Source: a virus (Duplodnaviria; Caudoviricetes). Taken from it: DNA of 64,000 bases. Made by a program: the position numbers and the translations under genes. Under the pieces are notes generated by a model, which was not told the origin of the DNA, did not search any database, and saw only the letters and a list, made by a program, of their open reading frames with translations. The DNA lies in the IMG/VR virus record IMGVR_UViG_3300043313_000605, positions 129 to 64,128 of that record. The stretch is one strand, 5' to 3'. This document shows positions 27,865-37,498 of this stretch, piece after piece (within the stretch, counting starts at the first letter, position 1; each line of letters begins with the position of its first letter).

Positions 27865-28287
27865 CCGCACGGTCAGGAGCGAGTCCTTCAGCGCGACAAC
27901 GGTTGCGCAGTCGCGCTGAAGGTTGGAACACCGGCTGGCGAGGGTGTCGTAGTCGGCCTTCGCCACGTAGGGCAGGGAATCGACGGCCGAGCTATCTCTG
28001 CCCTCTCGCGTGACAATCGTCCGTGTACGGGGCACGTAGACGATCACAGGCGCCTTCCCGAGCGCCGAGTCGAGCAGCCGGTTGGACACCTGAAGGGTGA
28101 CGACGGCCACCCGCTCGCGCTCACTCAGCGCCGTGTACCGCGCGCCGAGCACGCCGAGCGAATCGCGCAACTGTTGTTCGCGCTGGGTGGCCTCGGCATC
28201 CTGCCGGCGCGAGACCCACCACATCCCCGCCAACATCCCCAGCACGATCGCCACGATCACGAGCGCTACGAGCCGTGTCCACTTCAT
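27715..28287 (-). CDS. membrane protein with N- and C-terminal hydrophobic segments (spanin candidate)
   Basis: MKWTRLVALVIVAIVLGMLAGMWW..., coiled coil, C-terminal GFGLGLGAGALGCALLC; last gene of the late operon. Confidence 0.6.
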   Translation of the reverse strand: MKWTRLVALVIVAIVLGMLAGMWWVSRRQDAEATQREQQLRDSLGVLGARYTALSERERVAVVTLQVSNRLLDSALGKAPVIVYVPRTRTIVTREGRDSSAVDSLPYVAKADYDTLASRCSNLQRDCATVVALKDSLLTVRSGEAATLHGLIDVGARRLDVERRRNRLVVLRGFGLGLGAGALGCALLCR

Positions 28288-28661
28288 GTGGGCACCACGT
28301 ACCGCACGCGGGAGTACGGCAGCTTCGCCACGACGCGGATCGAGCGCGTCGTTTCGCTCTCGACGATCAGGAAGATGAATTTCTTCCCGCTCTCGGTGAT
28401 CGCAATAGCGTCGAGTGCGTCCGGCTCCAGATCGATGCCGGGAATGTTCACGAGATAGTCCGTGACCGTGCCGGACGGCGGATCGCAGTCCCACACGAGC
28501 GACGGGTCTGGTGGCGTCAGTTCCGGGTCCGGGTCATTCGTCAAATACGCGCGCACATCGTCTTCCATGTACGGCGTCTTTTTGCGCGTTGGCACATCGA
28601 CTACCCACAGCTTTGCGCTGTACGGCAAGTCGTTGTATGGCGTGATCGCTTGCACTGGCAT
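28284..28661 (-). CDS. hypothetical (possibly virion accessory) protein
   Basis: Follows the large repeat protein; beta-rich composition. Confidence 0.65.
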   Translation of the reverse strand: MPVQAITPYNDLPYSAKLWVVDVPTRKKTPYMEDDVRAYLTNDPDPELTPPDPSLVWDCDPPSGTVTDYLVNIPGIDLEPDALDAIAITESGKKFIFLIVESETTRSIRVVAKLPYSRVRYVVPT

Positions 28662-28664
28662 GGG

Positions 28665-31600
28665 TCACCCCGATGGGAATTGCCGCGCGACGAGCGACGG
28701 CATCGTGGGAACGTGGACGAGCGTGACGTCAGGCACAACGTCGCGCAGGAGCATCATCAGATCAACCGGCACGAGCGCGATCGGGAGATCGCGCTCGTCG
28801 AGCACGGGGTCCGGCAGCAGGCCAGCCAGCGCGTGCGGCAGCGTGATCGGCAGCAGTTCGCCAATCACGAGAATCGGATCGTACGGCGCCACGGCAGTGA
28901 GCAGCGTCATACCGCCCCGCTGCTGCATCAGATCGGACACCACCTGCACGAGCGCCGATAGCGCAATCGCGCCTGTTGGCGAAATGTTGCCAGCCGACGT
29001 GACCTGCACGCCAGACTGCACAACCGTTGTGCCCTGTCGCCCCAGCAACAGGGTGGACGTAATGCCGGACGCCGCGAGCAGTGCCGTCAGGCTTGCGCGG
29101 CCTTGCGTGCTGCTTGCGACCACAGTGTTCGCGACTTGCGCAATCGTGGTGCTCTGGCGCCCCTGCGCGAGCGCGGATGCGATCGAGATGCGCGCCTGAA
29201 GGCTCGTAGACGACGACCGGCCGTGCGTGCTGATGGAGTCAATATCAGACGGATTGCCCTGCACATCGCCGATCGTCACGCTCTGGCGCCCCTGCGCGAG
29301 CGCCGAGATGATCGAGGCGAGCACGGTGCCAGTGACGCTCCCGGCGCGCCCCTGCACGCTCGCATTCACGAGATCAGCAGCCGCCTGCATCGCTGTGACG
29401 CTCGCACGCTCGTGCACGAGCGCCGACACGATCGAGACGAGCGCGGACAGATCGGTGACACTCTGCCGATTCTGCGTGCTCGATGACGTGACGTTGACGC
29501 CAACATCAAGGTCGGTGACGCTGGCGCGAAGATGGGCGAGCGTGGACGCGAGATCGTTGACGGCCTGCACAACCGTTGTGCTCTGCCGGCCCTGCTGGAG
29601 TGCCGACGCGAGTGCCAGCGCCGCTGCAAGCGTGGTCACGCCCGAGCGTTCCTGCTGGGATGTGCTGTCAACCGAGAGGAACGCCGGCCCCGTCACCGTG
29701 CCGGCTGTGCTGCTCGATCGGCCCTGCGCGAGCGCCGACACGAGATCGGCGGCAACGGCGGCAACGGTTGCGCTCGCGCGGCCCTGCGTCAGCGCCGAGA
29801 TGATATCCGCTTCGCTGATCAGTGTTGCCGCGCCACTACGCCCCTGCGCGAGCGCCGACGTGATATCCGCTTCGCTGATCAGCGCCGTGATGCCAGAGCG
29901 CCCCTGCGCGAGCGCAGACGCCAGCGCGTTTGAGACCGTGCCGGTGATCGCGCCTGCTCGGCCCTGTGTGAGCGCGGAGATCAGATCAGCAGCCGCCGCT
30001 ACAACGGTTGTGCTGGAGCGCCCCTGCGCGAGCGCCGACGCCAATGCATTCGAGACCGTCCCCGTAATTGTGCCTGCTCGACCCTGCGTCAGCGCCGACG
30101 CCAAATCAGCGGCAGCCGCTACAACAGTTGCGCTGGAGCGACCCTGTGTGAGCGCGGAGACCAGATCAGCGGCAACGGCCGCTATCGTTGCGCTGGAGCG
30201 GCCCTGTGTGACCGACGTCGTGATATCGGCTGCTGGCGTGACGACCGTGCCCGTGATACTCCCGCTGCGATCGTGCGTACTGTTCGACGTGATGCTGTTT
30301 GACACGCCGCCAGCGACCGTGCCGCTGCGACCGTGTGCGCTGGTGGAATCAATGCTGTTCGATACGCTACCAGCCGCAGAGCCGCTGCGGCCTTGCATGA
30401 CCGTTGTCGTCAGCGCGAGCGCTGCCGCCAGTTCCGTGAGCGACGAACGACCGTGCGTGCTCGACGACGTAGCAGAGAGACCGCTGCTCACCGGCTCTGG
30501 CTTGATCGCGAACAACACGCCGGTATTGAGCGACGCCGTTGAGATGGTCGCCGTGCGACCGCTGACTGCACCAGCGGTGATGCGATTGTCGTCCGACGTC
30601 TCCATCGACACTGCGCTCGCCGCAGGAATGGCGGCAGCGAGGATAATGTGCCGCGCAGCGCTCGTCGTCGTTGACGCGAGCGTCCCGGTCAACGCGCCCG
30701 TAGCGACGCCGTTCGCTGGGTAGAGACGATAACCGCTGTGTGTGGCGTTCTGTGTGGTGGCGTTTCCGCCAGACGCCGTGCCGGTCGTGAGTCCCGTGTA
30801 GTTGGTGGGCAGCGAATTGAGCGCAACGTTCGTAGACGGTGCGCCAACCCAGATGGAAACTGTATTCGCTTGCGATGGCGTTAGTGTCGGTGCGGTGACG
30901 CTCGCCGTCGCTGTTGAGCCGGACGTTGGCGTCGAGGCTTGTGCATTGAGCAGGACTGGTGTGCCGTGTTGCCCGCGCCACGTTTCGGAAATCCCAGATG
31001 TTTTCGCCGTTGCGGCAGAGAGCACGAACGTGACGGAGCCTGCCGTGACATGCGTCGAGGTTACGACGACCCAATACGAGTGCAGCCGTGATGTTGGCGA
31101 TGCGGCCAAATTACCTTGTGGCGTGCCAACCTGCGCCCATCCAGTCGGCACGGTACTGACCGTGAGTGTTCCGGATTTGACGTTGAAGCTGGCGTACCAA
31201 AAATCACCCGCAACCGCGCCTGCTGGGAGCGGAACGACGACGTTGGCACTCGCGGCTGACTGGTTGATGGCCGAGATGCCAGAGCGGAACAGTCGTGGAT
31301 CGTACTGATCGTCCGTTTCTTCGATGAATGTTGGATCGGTCCCACTCGGCACGCCCGATGTGTTCGACCCGACCGACGACGCAACCGCGAACATCAGCGA
31401 TCCGTTCGTCAGCGATGTCGTGGTCGAGAACGTGACGGTGGCGCTCGATGCGTTTGCGCTGCCGGTGATCGCCTCGATCGGATCACCAGAACTCAGTGCG
31501 CCGGCAATCGCGAAGATGCGACCGACCGCACTGCCGCCGCTCGCGCGCGTGAACGTGACCGATCCAGTCTCCGATCCAGTTGCCGCCGCCGTCTTGTAAA

Positions 31601-32378
31601 AGACTTCCGTTCGCAGCCCCGTGCCGTTGTTCGTGCCGGATTTCGATGTCCACCCAGTCGAAGACCCAGCAACGTTGTCGAGGCTCGTGATGACCGCAAC
31701 AAAGCGATCCCCGGCGACGATCGTCGCTGGATAGGCAAGCGTGAGATCGCCGCTGGCTACGCTTCCGACTGCTCCAGTCGATCGGACGTAGACGCCTCGG
31801 ACCAGCGTGAGTTTTGGATCACTGGTTGTCCCGGCCGCATCAGCAGAAGTGATGGAACACGATTCTGTTCCTGATGGCGATACGTTGGTTCGTTGGTTTT
31901 CAGCAAAGACGACGAATCCTGTCGTCCCGCCACCAACGACCACGTTTGGGTCGAGCGAAATCGCGTAGGGTGTGGCAGCACCAATGTCGGAAGGGATGGC
32001 AACAGAACCACCGGCCGGCAGCGAGCCAAGCGTTGACCCTGCCCGAAATGTCGAGGTTGTGACTGTTGCGCCAGCGTCGTAGCCGCGCGCCTCCAGCGTA
32101 AACGCGGCTTCGCTAAAGCGTAGTCCAACTTCAAGCGTCAGCGACGCGGCATCTGGCGCTCCGGACCATGCCGACGTGTCAAATCGCAAAAATGCTTCAT
32201 AGCATCGTAGGTCTCCACCAGAACGCTGCCCAACTGACATGCTCGCAGTAGTGCCAGTAGGGTCTTCAAGCGTCAGAGCAGCGCTGCCAGTTCCTTCGCG
32301 CGCGTCCGCGTATACAGCCGTAGCAGCAGACCGTACATAGTTGTCTTCGACGCCAGCAAAGATGACGGTGCGCGCCAT
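28665..32378 (-). CDS. large fibre/adhesin-like protein with about 20-aa S-x-x-x-(Q/H)-G-R-S repeats
   Basis: 1237 aa, Ala/Ser/Thr-rich; N-terminal beta-sandwich-like domains; more than 20 repeats such as ADLVSALTQGRSSATVVAA. Confidence 0.75.
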   Translation of the reverse strand: MARTVIFAGVEDNYVRSAATAVYADAREGTGSAALTLEDPTGTTASMSVGQRSGGDLRCYEAFLRFDTSAWSGAPDAASLTLEVGLRFSEAAFTLEARGYDAGATVTTSTFRAGSTLGSLPAGGSVAIPSDIGAATPYAISLDPNVVVGGGTTGFVVFAENQRTNVSPSGTESCSITSADAAGTTSDPKLTLVRGVYVRSTGAVGSVASGDLTLAYPATIVAGDRFVAVITSLDNVAGSSTGWTSKSGTNNGTGLRTEVFYKTAAATGSETGSVTFTRASGGSAVGRIFAIAGALSSGDPIEAITGSANASSATVTFSTTTSLTNGSLMFAVASSVGSNTSGVPSGTDPTFIEETDDQYDPRLFRSGISAINQSAASANVVVPLPAGAVAGDFWYASFNVKSGTLTVSTVPTGWAQVGTPQGNLAASPTSRLHSYWVVVTSTHVTAGSVTFVLSAATAKTSGISETWRGQHGTPVLLNAQASTPTSGSTATASVTAPTLTPSQANTVSIWVGAPSTNVALNSLPTNYTGLTTGTASGGNATTQNATHSGYRLYPANGVATGALTGTLASTTTSAARHIILAAAIPAASAVSMETSDDNRITAGAVSGRTATISTASLNTGVLFAIKPEPVSSGLSATSSSTHGRSSLTELAAALALTTTVMQGRSGSAAGSVSNSIDSTSAHGRSGTVAGGVSNSITSNSTHDRSGSITGTVVTPAADITTSVTQGRSSATIAAVAADLVSALTQGRSSATVVAAAADLASALTQGRAGTITGTVSNALASALAQGRSSTTVVAAAADLISALTQGRAGAITGTVSNALASALAQGRSGITALISEADITSALAQGRSGAATLISEADIISALTQGRASATVAAVAADLVSALAQGRSSSTAGTVTGPAFLSVDSTSQQERSGVTTLAAALALASALQQGRQSTTVVQAVNDLASTLAHLRASVTDLDVGVNVTSSSTQNRQSVTDLSALVSIVSALVHERASVTAMQAAADLVNASVQGRAGSVTGTVLASIISALAQGRQSVTIGDVQGNPSDIDSISTHGRSSSTSLQARISIASALAQGRQSTTIAQVANTVVASSTQGRASLTALLAASGITSTLLLGRQGTTVVQSGVQVTSAGNISPTGAIALSALVQVVSDLMQQRGGMTLLTAVAPYDPILVIGELLPITLPHALAGLLPDPVLDERDLPIALVPVDLMMLLRDVVPDVTLVHVPTMPSLVARQFPSG
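29020..30480. repeat. degenerate ~60-bp tandem coding repeats
   Basis: Recurrent gccctgcgcgagcgccga / gccctgtgtgagcgcgga units at about 60-bp spacing. Confidence 0.8.
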
Positions 32379-32380
32379 CG

Positions 32381-32782
32381 TTATCCTTTGACAATGACGT
32401 CTTGCAGGACTGCCCGCGCGAGCGCGATGAGATCGAACTTATACGACTGCCCACGACGAGACACGCCGCCTGCGGCATCTGGCATCAGCAATGGCGGGTT
32501 GATGATCGTCACTGGGAAAATGTTGCGCAGCACTTGCTGGGCCGCTGGCTTGGACGCGGTTCCGCTGATGATGACCGCGCTGCCGTTCGCGACGACGCCT
32601 GTGATCGTGACAGAATACGTCGTGCCGAGATAAGAAAAATTCCACGTCTGCGGCATCACGCCAACGCCAAGAATGGCATCGCGCAGGGCAGCAGCTTTCA
32701 AGGCTGCTGCCTGCGCGTACTTTTGTTCTACGGTTAGATCGAGACGCGCGTGGATCGCATCAACGTCATCGTAGAGTGCCAC
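32381..32782 (-). CDS. hypothetical protein
   Basis: Part of the post-lysis module; FPVTIINPPLLMPD motif. Confidence 0.7.
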   Translation of the reverse strand: MALYDDVDAIHARLDLTVEQKYAQAAALKAAALRDAILGVGVMPQTWNFSYLGTTYSVTITGVVANGSAVIISGTASKPAAQQVLRNIFPVTIINPPLLMPDAAGGVSRRGQSYKFDLIALARAVLQDVIVKG

Positions 32783-32788
32783 CTGTCG

Positions 32789-33253
32789 TTACGTCCGAGA
32801 GCGCGTGAACGTCACGACGGTCACGGTCTGGCCGATCGCGATCGACGTGTTGTCGAGCGTCGCATCGCCACCACCGCCCGTGGCCGTGATGGTGCCTTCC
32901 TCACGATGCGTGTCGCCAGAGTTGCGGAAGCGGAAATGCCCCGCCGTGCCGGCGCCTGTCGCGGCCAGCGCCCACGTTCCGGTCTTCGCCTTCGACTTGG
33001 CTGCCGCAGCCGAGAACGCGGTGGCTGGCGCAACGATCGCGACGAGCGAGGAGCCGCCCGCTGCGTTGTCTGGGCCAGCCGGCGCACCTGTACGCACATC
33101 GAACACGGGCGACGCGCCGTACAGCGTGTCGTACTCCGAATCAAGAATGGAGTTGGCCGTCGTCGTCTTCGTCGTCAGCGTCATGCTGAGACCGAGCGTC
33201 GCGGCCACCGCCGCCATTCTCGCCAGCGTTGGATTGCGAAACGTGTAGTTCAT
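32789..33253 (-). CDS. small Gly/Ala/Thr-rich putative virion protein
   Basis: RTGAPAGPDNAA...GTAGHFR...GGGGDATLDNTSIAIGQTVTV resembles phage structural proteins. Confidence 0.7.
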   Translation of the reverse strand: MNYTFRNPTLARMAAVAATLGLSMTLTTKTTTANSILDSEYDTLYGASPVFDVRTGAPAGPDNAAGGSSLVAIVAPATAFSAAAAKSKAKTGTWALAATGAGTAGHFRFRNSGDTHREEGTITATGGGGDATLDNTSIAIGQTVTVVTFTRSRT

Positions 33254-33852
33254 GGCTCGATCACTCCGACGTTGGCGGCAGCCTTGCGCTCGGCTGCTTT
33301 CTGGTGAGCGTGGGCGATGGTGCGCAGAATCTCCTGCCGCGCTTCGTCCTGCGCCGCTTCATCTTCCTTCGTGGCGAGCGGCGGGAGATCAGGATTCTTC
33401 ATCGTCTTGATCGTCACCTTCGGCTTGCCATTCGATCCCATCTTCAGCTTGCCGTCCGGGTGCGCTTCGGCGACCGGAATCTTCGCCTTGTCGGTCGCGC
33501 ACTGGAAGTAGACGATCTTGTCGCCGTTGACGACGAACAGGAATCGCTGCTGCGCGATGTGCCCACTGATCTCCTGCAACTTGCGCGCAGCGTTTTCCAT
33601 CTCGCGCAGGTGATCGGGGTTTGTCAGATCACCCTTCGCCAATTCGGCGACGCGCGCCTTCGCGGTCTTCTCCAGCGAGGCGACGTCCTTCGAGAAGGAG
33701 CCGTCCGCGTGGAGCACCTGATTCACGTACGACGCCTTCGCGACGCCGAGTGCATACTTCCGATCCTTGATCTCCTCCAGAGCCGCCAGTTGCTCGGCCG
33801 TGTAGGAGTCATACGCTCCCTCGATGGGAGTGCCTTGCGGCTGTTTGGTCAT
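33250..33852 (-). CDS. hypothetical protein
   Basis: 200-aa charged ORF. Confidence 0.7.
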   Translation of the reverse strand: MTKQPQGTPIEGAYDSYTAEQLAALEEIKDRKYALGVAKASYVNQVLHADGSFSKDVASLEKTAKARVAELAKGDLTNPDHLREMENAARKLQEISGHIAQQRFLFVVNGDKIVYFQCATDKAKIPVAEAHPDGKLKMGSNGKPKVTIKTMKNPDLPPLATKEDEAAQDEARQEILRTIAHAHQKAAERKAAANVGVIEP

Positions 33853-33883
33853 AGCGGTCTCTGTGAGAGAGTGGTACGGGATG

Positions 33884-34435
33884 TTACGCTCGTTCTTCTG
33901 CCAAATCAACAACCATTCGCATGAACCGTTGCCACGGGAAATTCGGACCGGGGTCCATATGGTCCGACTTTCGGTAGACCTGACTCGCCTGATAGTGGCC
34001 GATTACCCCGAGATGTCCGTCCAGCAACTCCTGATTTGTCAGGTGGACAGGCGGCACGTTGTATTTCAGGCAATACTGTGCGACTGCATCGGCCGTGATG
34101 GCGAGCATGGCGAGGCTGAACGGATCGCGCCACTGCGCGCGCGCCTGCGCCGCCCTGCCGGCCATCTCGATCTGGATGAAGTCGTGGTTCACCCCCGGTG
34201 CCGCGTACGCGACGAACGAGTCTTTCACGCACTGGATGACCGAGTTGTTATCAGTCGTGATGTGCCAACTGCTGATGTAGTCCGGATGCTGGCCGTACTT
34301 CGCCAGATTCTCTGCCGAGTCGCCGGCTTCCAAGTTCTCAGCGGTGTGCAGGCAGATGCCGCGCACCGGCCCATCCCGCTTCGGACCGATGTGCTTGGCT
34401 GGCACGTACGGCCAGTTCTCCGTCTCGTAGCTCAT
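33884..34435 (-). CDS. endolysin, N-acetylmuramoyl-L-alanine amidase (Amidase_2-like)
   Basis: ICLHTAE, SSWHI, AYAAPGVN...IQIEMAG, IGH, HMDPGPNFPW. Confidence 0.9.
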   Translation of the reverse strand: MSYETENWPYVPAKHIGPKRDGPVRGICLHTAENLEAGDSAENLAKYGQHPDYISSWHITTDNNSVIQCVKDSFVAYAAPGVNHDFIQIEMAGRAAQARAQWRDPFSLAMLAITADAVAQYCLKYNVPPVHLTNQELLDGHLGVIGHYQASQVYRKSDHMDPGPNFPWQRFMRMVVDLAEERA

Positions 34436-34761
34436 GGCCGATCGGCGTCCCTGTGTGCCGCCATCGCATCGTAGCGGCCCTGCGTTTCCTCTGCGACCTT
34501 CGCGTCGTTGCTTACCTCTTTCCCTGCCGCTGCTTCATGCTTCCCGGCTGCGTCGATCGGATTGACGACCTTGTTGGTTGAGATGTGCGTCAGCACGTAG
34601 CCGGCGAGCATCACCAGCACGGTCTCGACCACCGCTTGCAGGATACCCTGCACGTTGGTCGGCGTCTCGATCCCCTTGCTGGTGAATAGCCAGCCGAGCA
34701 ATCCGGAGACAAGGACGCCGGCCACGCGCGCGATCCACGGCCTGAGAGTGTCTGGCATCAT
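34432..34761 (-). CDS. holin-like two-TM protein
   Basis: Two hydrophobic segments; directly upstream of the endolysin. Confidence 0.7.
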   Translation of the reverse strand: MMPDTLRPWIARVAGVLVSGLLGWLFTSKGIETPTNVQGILQAVVETVLVMLAGYVLTHISTNKVVNPIDAAGKHEAAAGKEVSNDAKVAEETQGRYDAMAAHRDADRP

Positions 34762-35258
34762 GCTTTGAGCCCTCCACGGTTGAGTAGAAAGTCCATGATC
34801 CGGTCGTTCCCTCGCCGGATGTCCACCAACTGCTCGTTGATGTGTCGTCGATCCTCGCGAGACTCGGCCATCAGACGATTGAATGTTTCGATGTCCGTCT
34901 CATTCTGTTCGATGCGAATCGTCAAGATTGTCACAGAGTTTCGCATCTCCTGCGTGAGTGTTCGCATATCACGATCATGCCGGTCGTTCAAATCTTTCAT
35001 CTCGCGATCGTGCTTTCCTTCCAATTGCATGATCTTCTCATCGAAGTGTTTCTTCACGGCTTCGACGCTCACGACCACTGGCGACAGGCTTTTCTTGTAC
35101 AGCAGGTAGCCAGACACGATGAGTGCGGACACGCTCGTCGCCATCGTGAGCCATCCGACAACCGTGACGGGCCAAAATCCAGCGGGGGCAGAGCCGGTCG
35201 CCAGCACTCCAGCGACAGCGGCCGTTGCGATTCCGGCCCCGACTACCCTTTCATCCAT
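34758..35258 (-). CDS. membrane protein with coiled coil (lysis-cassette associated)
   Basis: N-terminal TMs followed by a heptad region. Confidence 0.65.
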   Translation of the reverse strand: MDERVVGAGIATAAVAGVLATGSAPAGFWPVTVVGWLTMATSVSALIVSGYLLYKKSLSPVVVSVEAVKKHFDEKIMQLEGKHDREMKDLNDRHDRDMRTLTQEMRNSVTILTIRIEQNETDIETFNRLMAESREDRRHINEQLVDIRRGNDRIMDFLLNRGGLKA

Positions 35259-35260
35259 AT

Positions 35261-36406
35261 CTACCCTCCGATGATCTGCACGGGACCGTTGACGCTGCGG
35301 GGTATGTAGTTAATCAGAAACTGCACTGACACTTTACTGGTTGTGATCCGATTCGGCCACCCGCCAGCGAGTAGCTGCCCGCTGATCTTCGCGTCTGTGA
35401 TTTTGTTCGGCCACCCACCAGCGAGTAGCTGTCCCGAGACCTTGGTGATGCGCTCGGCAGACTCCTCGCCGCCAACGAGCATACCAGCAGCAATCTTGGG
35501 AATCGTGATCTCGTCATCTTCTGGGGGCGTGACGACCCATGATGTGCCCACCGCCCACGTCAGGTAGTACCACTCCCAGACCTGTACCCATGTGATCCCA
35601 TCAGCACTCGCGTCGAGCCCGAATCGCTGCGGCGACTGTCCCGGCTCCGCGTCTGCGCGTCCCCAGAGTTTCGCCTGTACCACGGTAACCGGAGCCGGAT
35701 GCTGATACCCGACCCATGCACCGGGATAGCCGGGATTCGGACTCGCCCAGAAATTGACGCCTGTCGTGATCCCGTCGAATGCTTCGCTCGGTGGCGTCGT
35801 CGCGTCGAAGTTCCCGCTGCTGATCGCCGTGCCGCCTGTCGCGATCTGTGGTCCACCGAGTGTATCGCGGAACTCGATTTCCGTGAGTGCCATGACGGGA
35901 TTGCCGCCACCAACGACACCACGGATGCGCCAGTAGAGTTGGCTCGTCTTCGCAGGGCGCGTGAAGGTGCGTACTTGGTTCGTCGTCCATCCTGTCTGGT
36001 TCCACACCATCCAATCGCGATTCCAGCGCGCGAGGAAATTCGGCGCATCGTCCGTCCACTCCAGACGCATATGGCGCGGTCCATCACCAACGGTTGCGCT
36101 GGCCGTAATCACAATCTCCGCGATGTCCTTCCAGTTGGCCGGATTCGAGCCAAAGTCTTGCCCCACCCACTTCGTCGAATTCGCGCCGTTACTCTCTGAA
36201 ATCCAATCGGTAGCAAGGCTATTGTCGAACGCCTTGTCGCCCGTCGCCGTTGGAGACCCCGAGTTGACTCCGCTCCAAATGGCATTGCCGCTCGTCGCGA
36301 GGTCTGGCCCTCCAGAGACGTCACGCATTTCAAGCTCTCGGATGCGGGTAGAGCCGCCTCCGTTCGTGTTTTCGATGACCAATCGCCACGCGCGATGCAC
36401 TGCCAT
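35261..36406 (-). CDS. tail-associated protein with two tandem discoidin (F5/8)-like domains
   Basis: Duplicated WR...ELE(M/F)RD..GGP..AT.G.A...AFD...WVG unit. Confidence 0.75.
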   Translation of the reverse strand: MAVHRAWRLVIENTNGGGSTRIRELEMRDVSGGPDLATSGNAIWSGVNSGSPTATGDKAFDNSLATDWISESNGANSTKWVGQDFGSNPANWKDIAEIVITASATVGDGPRHMRLEWTDDAPNFLARWNRDWMVWNQTGWTTNQVRTFTRPAKTSQLYWRIRGVVGGGNPVMALTEIEFRDTLGGPQIATGGTAISSGNFDATTPPSEAFDGITTGVNFWASPNPGYPGAWVGYQHPAPVTVVQAKLWGRADAEPGQSPQRFGLDASADGITWVQVWEWYYLTWAVGTSWVVTPPEDDEITIPKIAAGMLVGGEESAERITKVSGQLLAGGWPNKITDAKISGQLLAGGWPNRITTSKVSVQFLINYIPRSVNGPVQIIGG

Positions 36407-36407
36407 G

Positions 36408-37496
36408 TTATGCCGCCGACTCTACGCCGGGCTCCGACGCGTTCCAGACGACCGCACTCCACGGATCGCCGTTGAAGTCGAGTGGAAAGTTCGCAGCCAC
36501 AGTCGTGAATCCGATGCCGTTCAGCGCCAGTGCCGTTGAATACGAGATGCCAGCCGCTTGCTGAATGGCGACCTTTAGATTCTGCGGCCCAGTGAACCCA
36601 CGACGCGCATTCGCGGCCACGCGCGCCATCATAATCGGGGAGCCCGTGAGCGCCGCTGGATAATCCTCGGCCGCGAACGTCGCGAGGAGTCCAGCCGCAT
36701 CCATCGTGAGGCCGGTTACCGTACTGAGCACCTTCTCGTTGATGTCCGTATAGGCACCGCTCGTCTGCTCTGCGTTCCCTGCGCCGTAGGCTGTCGCCCC
36801 TGTGATCTGCGGATTGAACACATGCAGTCCGTACGGCATGTAATCAGCCGTGCAGAGGATGATGCCAGCAAACGTGTTCCGACCGAGACCGAGCCCATTG
36901 TTCCCCCATCCCCAGAAACCGACCGACTCGATGGCGGTAGACGACGTGAACTTCGTATCGCCCGTGAGTTGCGCGACGAGCAGGTTATTGACCCACCACT
37001 TGAACGACCCTCCCGAGTCTCCGACGATGACTTCGATGGTGTTGACGGAATAGAGGGGCACTTGAAACGGTGCGCCAACGGCGACCCATGTCTCGGCTCC
37101 CGGTGTGGTGTTCGTGTTGTATTCCAACTGGCAGCGACTGTCCCATCCACTGAAGCCAGCGACGTTACTCAGGTTCTTGATGCGATAGACTGTGCGCCCG
37201 TTCGTGATGTCGTAGAAGTTGATCCACTTCTGGCTCAGCGACCCGAACGAGGCGCCAGCCGACAGCGAGCTATGCGTATGGACGAACTGGAGCCGGAACG
37301 ACGAGAGGGGACCGTTCGCCCAATTCTGGTCGATGAAGTTGATGCGGAACGCTTCGGATGCGCTAAAGGAACTCTCCAGCGCCGTCTTGTAGATCGTGCC
37401 GTCAAACCCGACAGAACCGGGGTTGATCTGAACGTTCCCCCCGAGCATGTAGACATCAAGGTCTTCGTTCGTGAAGGCGTGAACGGCTGGAGGCAT
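36408..37496 (-). CDS. tail-associated/receptor-binding protein
   Basis: Position after the tail tip gene; lectin-like beta composition; C-terminal GDPWSAVVWNASEPGV. Confidence 0.7.
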   Translation of the reverse strand: MPPAVHAFTNEDLDVYMLGGNVQINPGSVGFDGTIYKTALESSFSASEAFRINFIDQNWANGPLSSFRLQFVHTHSSLSAGASFGSLSQKWINFYDITNGRTVYRIKNLSNVAGFSGWDSRCQLEYNTNTTPGAETWVAVGAPFQVPLYSVNTIEVIVGDSGGSFKWWVNNLLVAQLTGDTKFTSSTAIESVGFWGWGNNGLGLGRNTFAGIILCTADYMPYGLHVFNPQITGATAYGAGNAEQTSGAYTDINEKVLSTVTGLTMDAAGLLATFAAEDYPAALTGSPIMMARVAANARRGFTGPQNLKVAIQQAAGISYSTALALNGIGFTTVAANFPLDFNGDPWSAVVWNASEPGVESAA

Positions 37497-37498
37497 CG

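Noticed and set aside
31757-32134. Alternative-frame ORFs in the N-terminus of the fibre gene
   Set aside because: No RBS or recognisable features; the lower GC is more simply a recently swapped domain
35261-36406. Diversity-generating retroelement target, suggested by the duplicated domain
   Set aside because: The duplication is an old in-frame protein-level repeat; no reverse transcriptase or adenine-specific TR/VR pair is seen
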